IMG/VR virus record: IMGVR_UViG_3300037295_000360
Span: 62,001 to 126,000 of that record
Length of the DNA stretch: 64,000 nucleotides
From: an uncultured virus (IMG/VR IMGVR_UViG_3300037295_000360)
Lineage: Duplodnaviria > Heunggongvirae > Uroviricota > Caudoviricetes
Reading direction: 5' to 3' (one strand)
A program made the translations under genes and the position numbers. The notes under the pieces were generated by a model. It did no database searches, was not told where the DNA came from, and saw only the letters and a list, made by a program, of their open reading frames with translations. Shown here one piece after another: positions 57,799-64,000 of the stretch. Every line of letters begins with the position of its first letter. The stretch's first letter is position 1.

Positions 57799-60099
57799 AT
57801 GATAATAAATCTAAAGCAAGTAAGTAATGCGGACGCTGACAATATTAAACTAGACAAAATTAATTATAATTTTGATCAACTAGTTGCAAACGGAGGAGGT
57901 CCACAGGGTCCAAGGGGAATTAAGGGTGAACTGGGCCCACAAGGTGTCACTGGCAAAAGAGGATTTCAAGGAGATAGAGGATTTCAAGGAACCCAAGGGC
58001 CTTCAGGTGATAATAATGAAGTATTTTGGAAAAATATACAAGGAGATCCTACCGTGCCAACTACTGACACTTTAGTTCCGATATATAATGGACCTAATAA
58101 TTCACCTGAAAATACATATCCACCAATAATAAGTGTTGGTTTTTTACCAGGAGATGTTCAATATGATTCAACACCTAATTTTTTAAATGGAAATCTTCCA
58201 TATCAGTGGATTATAAACAGAAAAAATCAATTTTCCTCTAATTTAAGATTCACAAGTGATGATGTTCCGGATCATTGGGTTGATTTCACAATGAAACTTA
58301 ATAGTTTAAATTCTGTGAATGAATTTACTATGGAGTTTAAATCTCAAGATGCAAATATAGAAAATACTTCATTTATATTATATGCAGAAGACCATATATT
58401 TAAATCTAATATAAATAGTGCTATTTTACTTAAAATAGGACAAAATATTACTGAATATAATACAGATACTATATTTAATTCAAAGGTAACATTTAACAAC
58501 ATATTAATTATAAAAGGAACAACAGAGTATCCGGCATCGACCGATAAAGTAGCAGTATCTGCTGATTCAGAAGGAACAGTAATATATAAAAGTGTTAAAG
58601 AGCTAGGAGGAACCGTTCCATTTGGTACTATTATTTCAGTACTTCCTTCTATTTTTAGTGATAGTACTAAATTTATAAATAATGAAGTAATAGATACCAC
58701 ACAGTTTCCTGATCTTCCAATTCGAATCAGAGTAGGTTCAGGTGTTGGTAGATATAAAGGATGGTATTTATGTAATGGACAACAATGGATTGGAGATACT
58801 GAAAGTCATATTGTTCCAAATTTAAATTCATTCAGTTACAGTATAGAAGATAATTCAATATCGAATGAACCGAGTGGTCAAGGATATTCATTTAGTACAA
58901 ACACCTTTGTGAATTTAATAGGAGGTGCAGATACTACAATGGTGGCTAGTGATTCAAATAATGGAATTTACGATGTCAATTCAGTTATTAATACTAATGA
59001 TGATTTAGTAGGAGTAATACAAGGTGGTACTATATATAAAATAAAAAGACTTCCTCAGATTATATATTTAGATGAGGTTGATTTATACTGGATGTCAGCT
59101 GGCGATGGACAGGCTTCTATTTCTAACACAACGTTTAGATTAACAGATACTAATTCATCGACAGATAGCATAAGCCCTAATCCACAAGATATAGGGTCTA
59201 CGAACAACCCACAGGGTTCATCATATCAAGTCAACTCTATTGTTAATGCACCTTCTGGATATTACTGGGTATCTGTACCTGTAATAGGGTTTCCTTCTTA
59301 TATTTCAGATGTCGTTGGAACTTTAGGTAGCGGTGCGTATCCTAGTGTGTTAAACTTAGCAATATATGTTAGCTCTCAACCTGCCAATAATACTATTATT
59401 CCATTAAGTGTTGATACATCTGATGCAATGTCACCTTCTCTTCAGAATTATTTATTACTGCATAGAAATTCTAATCCAATTAATTCAACATTAACTCCAG
59501 TACAGGATGAAAATATAATATATGACTATAGTGCAGGATATACGTTTAACATAGTGATAGATGCTATTAGTGGATATAAATTTAATGATGTTAGTAATGT
59601 TGATACGTCAGGATCAAATGTTCCACAGGGTTCTACATTTACAGTGAATAGTCAATCATTATCTAATTCAAACACAAGACTTACTAAAAATATAACAATA
59701 ACGGTTCCAAACGGCACACCTATTGGAAGCCAATTCGAATATAATGTCATAGGAGGCCCTATTGCAATCCCATGTGTTACTGTAAGTTTAGATACAACGA
59801 ATTTCATAGGAGAATGTCTTGGAAATTCAACAAATGCATCATATAGTACTTTAACGTTACAATTGTCAGCCATCACTAATGAAGATGTAGATATTACGAT
59901 TGAAATATCTGAAGCCATTTGTTTAACGTCGAGTACCGATTATGTTGTGTTAACTATTCCAGCAGGAAGCACGTCAGTACAATATAGTAACCTATCATCA
60001 GACAACGTTGATTGTGGACAGGGACAATGTGAACTACAATACAGAGAGTATATTGCAATTACATCAATTAATCCTCCAGATTACATGATATGCAGTTAA
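57799..60099 (+). CDS. Paralogous tail fibre/baseplate protein with collagen segment and tail-collar domain
   Basis: KINYNFDQL, GPQGPRG run, VPFGTII...GWYLCNG...VPNLN. Confidence 0.72.
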   Translation: MIINLKQVSNADADNIKLDKINYNFDQLVANGGGPQGPRGIKGELGPQGVTGKRGFQGDRGFQGTQGPSGDNNEVFWKNIQGDPTVPTTDTLVPIYNGPNNSPENTYPPIISVGFLPGDVQYDSTPNFLNGNLPYQWIINRKNQFSSNLRFTSDDVPDHWVDFTMKLNSLNSVNEFTMEFKSQDANIENTSFILYAEDHIFKSNINSAILLKIGQNITEYNTDTIFNSKVTFNNILIIKGTTEYPASTDKVAVSADSEGTVIYKSVKELGGTVPFGTIISVLPSIFSDSTKFINNEVIDTTQFPDLPIRIRVGSGVGRYKGWYLCNGQQWIGDTESHIVPNLNSFSYSIEDNSISNEPSGQGYSFSTNTFVNLIGGADTTMVASDSNNGIYDVNSVINTNDDLVGVIQGGTIYKIKRLPQIIYLDEVDLYWMSAGDGQASISNTTFRLTDTNSSTDSISPNPQDIGSTNNPQGSSYQVNSIVNAPSGYYWVSVPVIGFPSYISDVVGTLGSGAYPSVLNLAIYVSSQPANNTIIPLSVDTSDAMSPSLQNYLLLHRNSNPINSTLTPVQDENIIYDYSAGYTFNIVIDAISGYKFNDVSNVDTSGSNVPQGSTFTVNSQSLSNSNTRLTKNITITVPNGTPIGSQFEYNVIGGPIAIPCVTVSLDTTNFIGECLGNSTNASYSTLTLQLSAITNEDVDITIEISEAICLTSSTDYVVLTIPAGSTSVQYSNLSSDNVDCGQGQCELQYREYIAITSINPPDYMICS

Positions 60100-60128
60100 T
60101 CATTAAAAATAATTTAAATATATAAAAC

Positions 60129-60941
60129 ATGATAGATTATAAAAAATACATACCTACAAATAAAAATACCTTAGTGTTCATTGGAGTTATTTTATTTACT
60201 TTATTGTTTTTAAGACAATGTAACACAACATCTGATCTTAAAAATGAATTAGAATTAACGAAAGTTGTTGCAGATAGGGCCCTAAATAATTATAAAGCAA
60301 GTCAAGATACTATAAAAAACGAAAGAAACAAAAAAGGAGAATTAGTATCTTCTAAACTTTCATATGAGTATGACGTTAATTCTCTATCTAACATAACGAA
60401 AAATGCGGTTGCAGATTATCAACGTGCTCTTAATTTAACTAAAGATATTAAAAATATTAATTCTCTATTAAGAGCTGAAATCAGGATTAAGGATTCTATC
60501 ATTAATTCAGGTGGTGATATTGTGAGTATAAGCGATTCAACATATGTTATAACATTTGCCGACGAAAAAAACTGGGATAAATACAATTGGAGACGTTTTG
60601 ATGGAACTGTAAATCTTTTAAGAAATAAATCTATAAATGAAATTTCATTAACTTCTAGTAGGTTTAATTTTAGTCAAGGAATAGAATTAAAAGCAGCAAT
60701 AGTTAATGAAAAGGGTGTTAATTCATTAAAAATAACAACACCTTATCCTGGATTAGAGTTTACAAATATAGAAAATATTAATTTAGTAAACGATAAACTT
60801 AATAACAAAGAAAGAGTAAAACATTGGTCACTAGGGGTAGGTATCGGATATGGATTAAATTTAAATACAGATCAAATAATAACAGTAGGTCCTTCTATTA
60901 ATATAAGTATACAGTGGTCTCCGAAATGGCTTAGATTTTAA
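60129..60941 (+). CDS. Membrane-anchored coiled-coil protein (spanin-like candidate)
   Basis: N-terminal TM (LVFIGVILFTLLFL), coiled coil, C-terminal WSLGVGIGYGL...VGPSINISIQW beta-hairpin. Confidence 0.45.
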   Translation: MIDYKKYIPTNKNTLVFIGVILFTLLFLRQCNTTSDLKNELELTKVVADRALNNYKASQDTIKNERNKKGELVSSKLSYEYDVNSLSNITKNAVADYQRALNLTKDIKNINSLLRAEIRIKDSIINSGGDIVSISDSTYVITFADEKNWDKYNWRRFDGTVNLLRNKSINEISLTSSRFNFSQGIELKAAIVNEKGVNSLKITTPYPGLEFTNIENINLVNDKLNNKERVKHWSLGVGIGYGLNLNTDQIITVGPSINISIQWSPKWLRF

Positions 60942-60956
60942 TAAAATTATAAAGAA

Positions 60957-63014
60957 ATGGCAAAATCATCAAGATTCCTTAAAATAGACGAAGACATTTT
61001 ACTGGAATTTATATATCACGATCAATCAAATCCAGTATTGGCTAGGATAGAAAATGACAACAACGGAAGTCAATTAAAGTATTTAGATACAGTTGACGGC
61101 GATGGAAGTGCTTCTAGATTTTTAATTCATGAATTAGGTGCAGACGTTGTTGAATTTGATGTTAAAATCGCAAGCGGTTATGTGGTTATTAATAATTTTG
61201 CATCACGTCAACTTCTTTTAAGAAATGGAAAAACATATAAATTCAATTTAAGTGATGCATCAATAAATAATATACAGGGATTTAATATTCCAAACGGAAA
61301 CGGATACCTTATAGGATTTACATATATATACACTCCAACTACTAATGGAAAATACAAGTACACTTATGTTGATTTATCAAATACGGCATCAATTGGTGGA
61401 AATATAGAAGTTTCTAACAATGCTAATTCTCTTTTTTCAGTTCCGGAAGCACAAACCGGAAACGATATTAAAACAGCACCAGGCGAGGTAGGAAGATATT
61501 ATGCAGTTCCAACTGGTGTTGAAAATACATTAGCACTTTTAACTAATTCGCTTAATTATTTAGATTCACCTGAATGGAATGGAACATCTTCTTCTGATTT
61601 AATTGTAGTACATGTTGGCGATGTTGAATCCGTAATATACGATACTATTAAGTTACATTTAAGAACAGGTTATTCATTTAGTGCAAGAGGATATGATGGA
61701 TTTTTATTTCAAACAAAGATTAAAAGAAGCTCGGGAATCTATAACTATTTTAATTCAACTGTTTATTTAAATTTTTCAAATTTTGAAATACAAAATCCAA
61801 ATCCATTTATTTTAGGAGAATCATCATACTCTAAGTATATCGAAATTAAAGTTCCTTCCTTAGTTGATATGTATTCCTTAAACCTTGATTTTCAAGAAAG
61901 TTTTTTTGGAGCGACAGGAACTATTAATGCCATCAATAGCTCTATTAATTATGAATTTGATTTTAAACTAATTAACTCACTATTTGAAGATAATGGATAT
62001 CAATACATTAACCTAGATACTGGAAAATCCATAGTTCTTTCACAGGAAGATGAATTTATAGATCTTTCTGTCAATATAGAGCATGCAACAGACGGAGACT
62101 ACTTTAAAATATATGGAACGAAAGATGGATCACTTACTGGATTCGAAGGATATATTAATGGAAGAATTAGAAATTCAAGTGATGACATACTTGTTTTTTA
62201 TGAGGTACAAGTGAGCGAACAATTAGGACTTAATTATATTAACACATTTAACAATACATTTACACAAACAAGTCAGTTTGATGAGCCTATTATATTTAGA
62301 CCTGTTATTATGAACTCTTCTATATCAAGCAATTTTTTAATTACGGTTAATATGCGGGTTTATAATGAAACTGATAATACACAAATAGTTAAAGTAGCAT
62401 CGTTAATATATAATCAGCCTAAAAAATATGGAAAAAAACTATTAAAGTTAAATTTAAACTCTAGTTTTTCTCCAACAATAGTATATAATAAGTTACCAAA
62501 TACATCAGTCAATAGGGAATTAAATCAATTTATTAACTCAATTAGACCTGCTATAGGTGAAACTAAATATGTTCCAGTTGCATTAGACACATATGGAATA
62601 TTAGGAGCAAATACCAAGGTAACAGTTGACGGTGCTATTGTAAACTCAACATCTAATTTTATATATGAACCAGAAGGAGTTGCAATAATAAATATATCAA
62701 AAGTATCTGATAACTTTATAAAATTTAAAGTAGTACAGCCTGATGGAGATAATTACAAATCAATAAGTTTAGTTAATGCTGAAGATATGATTTTAATTAT
62801 TAAGAGTGGGAAAATTGAAGAAAGAATATCACATGATCCTTCTTTTCCGGGAATAGACATGGGAGCCGGCGAGATATTTTTTAAAGTTTCAAAGGCAATA
62901 GCTGTTAGATTTGATCAGACTGATACAAATCAAAACAAAGATATGTTTTATATAAATATTAAAAATGGAAATACGGAATCACTTCTATATTTCGGAAACG
63001 TTAACATAATATAA
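60957..63014 (+). CDS. Putative virion structural protein
   Basis: 685-aa beta-rich ORF in the structural operon. Confidence 0.55.
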   Translation: MAKSSRFLKIDEDILLEFIYHDQSNPVLARIENDNNGSQLKYLDTVDGDGSASRFLIHELGADVVEFDVKIASGYVVINNFASRQLLLRNGKTYKFNLSDASINNIQGFNIPNGNGYLIGFTYIYTPTTNGKYKYTYVDLSNTASIGGNIEVSNNANSLFSVPEAQTGNDIKTAPGEVGRYYAVPTGVENTLALLTNSLNYLDSPEWNGTSSSDLIVVHVGDVESVIYDTIKLHLRTGYSFSARGYDGFLFQTKIKRSSGIYNYFNSTVYLNFSNFEIQNPNPFILGESSYSKYIEIKVPSLVDMYSLNLDFQESFFGATGTINAINSSINYEFDFKLINSLFEDNGYQYINLDTGKSIVLSQEDEFIDLSVNIEHATDGDYFKIYGTKDGSLTGFEGYINGRIRNSSDDILVFYEVQVSEQLGLNYINTFNNTFTQTSQFDEPIIFRPVIMNSSISSNFLITVNMRVYNETDNTQIVKVASLIYNQPKKYGKKLLKLNLNSSFSPTIVYNKLPNTSVNRELNQFINSIRPAIGETKYVPVALDTYGILGANTKVTVDGAIVNSTSNFIYEPEGVAIINISKVSDNFIKFKVVQPDGDNYKSISLVNAEDMILIIKSGKIEERISHDPSFPGIDMGAGEIFFKVSKAIAVRFDQTDTNQNKDMFYINIKNGNTESLLYFGNVNII

Positions 63015-63565
63015 TGATAATAAACAGTAGAAATAATTTATTTAATATAAGATTTCCAAGGACTTTTATTCCAAAGGAGGTCGCTGATAAGTATAAAAAA
63101 TATTTAAATAGAATTCCAGGTAACTTAATAACAGAGCCTATTGATTTTATTAATTATTCTATACAAGGATGTGCTATTCCTGGAATTAGTTTTGATCCAA
63201 TATCAACATCGCAAAATGATGGAACGATAACATATCATAGAGGTTCTATTCCAATACAAAATACAATACAGCGTCAATTTTCGATTACAATGCAGCTGTT
63301 AGATGGTTATATAAACTATTGGATAATGCAAGACACTTTATTGTATTATTATTCAAAGGGTGTTAAAAACCCATTTTTAAATGATATTAAATTACAAATA
63401 ATGGATGCACAGGGAATTCATGTAATTAGTATTGTGTTTGAAAAGCCAATACTTCATGAAATTTCTGAGTTAGATTTAAATATGAGTTCTAATATTGCAG
63501 AATTTACAACATTTGAATTGAACTTTTTTTATAATAAGTTCAATTTAGTATTAGAAATAGATTAA
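63014..63565 (+). CDS. Tail tube / tail-completion fold protein (T4 gp19/gp3-like)
   Basis: IQGCAIPGISF, FSITMQL, DIKLQIMD, ISELDL, TFELNFFY. Confidence 0.6.
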   Translation: MIINSRNNLFNIRFPRTFIPKEVADKYKKYLNRIPGNLITEPIDFINYSIQGCAIPGISFDPISTSQNDGTITYHRGSIPIQNTIQRQFSITMQLLDGYINYWIMQDTLLYYYSKGVKNPFLNDIKLQIMDAQGIHVISIVFEKPILHEISELDLNMSSNIAEFTTFELNFFYNKFNLVLEID

Positions 63566-63587
63566 AAAACGTATATATATATATAAT

Positions 63588-63956
63588 ATGAAAACATTCG
63601 TAGATTACATGAAAGAACAAAATACTTCTGAATCAGATCTTTTAACTTTAAATGAATCTTTACAATCGGAATGGACTTCTGATTTAGAATTTAAAGTAGA
63701 TTCAGCATTAGAACAATTTGCTAGTACCTATTTAAAAGAAGATGGAACATATGATGTTCATCAATTCAATAATGAACTTACTAACGAGGGAATTCTAGGA
63801 AGTATTTTTGGTGGACTTACTGGTTTTGCACTTGGAAAAACAATAGGAAAAACAGTTGCTAAAATATTAGGAATCCAGTCAGGCGTAATGTATGATATGT
63901 TAACAAGTAGGCTCGTAGGGGCTGCTTTAGGAGCTTCTCTTGGTAAATCACTATAA
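63588..63956 (+). CDS. Putative internal virion protein with glycine-zipper C-terminus
   Basis: MKTFVDYMKE N-terminus; LNE and TNE sites; GILGSIFGGLTGFALG and VGAALGASLG. Confidence 0.55.
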   Translation: MKTFVDYMKEQNTSESDLLTLNESLQSEWTSDLEFKVDSALEQFASTYLKEDGTYDVHQFNNELTNEGILGSIFGGLTGFALGKTIGKTVAKILGIQSGVMYDMLTSRLVGAALGASLGKSL

Positions 63957-63966
63957 ATCACTATAA

Positions 63967-64000
63967 ATGAATTTTGTAACAATTGACTTTTCTTTAAATT
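63967..64000 (+). CDS. Partial CDS, possibly RuvC-like resolvase N-terminus
   Basis: MNFVTIDFSLN runs off the window; only 11 codons visible. Confidence 0.3.
   Translation, partial: MNFVTIDFSLN

Noticed and set aside
55493..60099. Diversity-generating retroelement or invertible fibre cassette
   Set aside because: No reverse transcriptase or recombinase in the window, and I saw no near-identical template/variable repeat pair.
1..64000. tRNA, rRNA or structured ncRNA genes
   Set aside because: Intergenic gaps are short and AT-rich with no cloverleaf recognised by eye; tRNAscan-SE/Infernal were not run.

Overview
AT-rich, gene-dense segment with every credible gene on the + strand, read in the standard bacterial code. 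It looks like part of a large (jumbo-type) T4-like myophage genome. The host is probably in the Bacteroidota, judging by the Bacteroidota-type GlyA and ClpP, TAnnTTTR-like promoter elements, and A-rich leaders with no obvious Shine-Dalgarno sequence. 1-7 kb: serine hydroxymethyltransferase; a ClpC-type AAA+ gene fractured in its second Walker A motif by an atypically split intein, with a decayed homing endonuclease between the halves; a thymidylate-synthase-fold enzyme with dCMP-hydroxymethylase signatures; and ClpP. 8-20 kb: fibre proteins (25-aa coiled-coil repeats; 61 collagen triplets plus an S74 chaperone) mixed with glycosyltransferases and a 2OG-Fe(II) oxygenase. 17.8-29.7 kb: small accessory genes (exonuclease, DnaJ, PhoH, RNase HII, UvsE, dCMP deaminase, three of four paralogous UVR-motif proteins), several behind a five-copy TTAACA-N5-TTAACA promoter cassette. 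29.7-64 kb: baseplate/tail/neck module with a four-domain ribosomal protein S1 homologue and an amidoligase inserted. The best candidate for a new system is a phage ClpCP machine: a trans-spliced ClpC lacking its N-domain, ClpP, and a family of small UVR coiled-coil proteins that may act as adaptors. All family calls come from motif recognition by eye; no searches were run.
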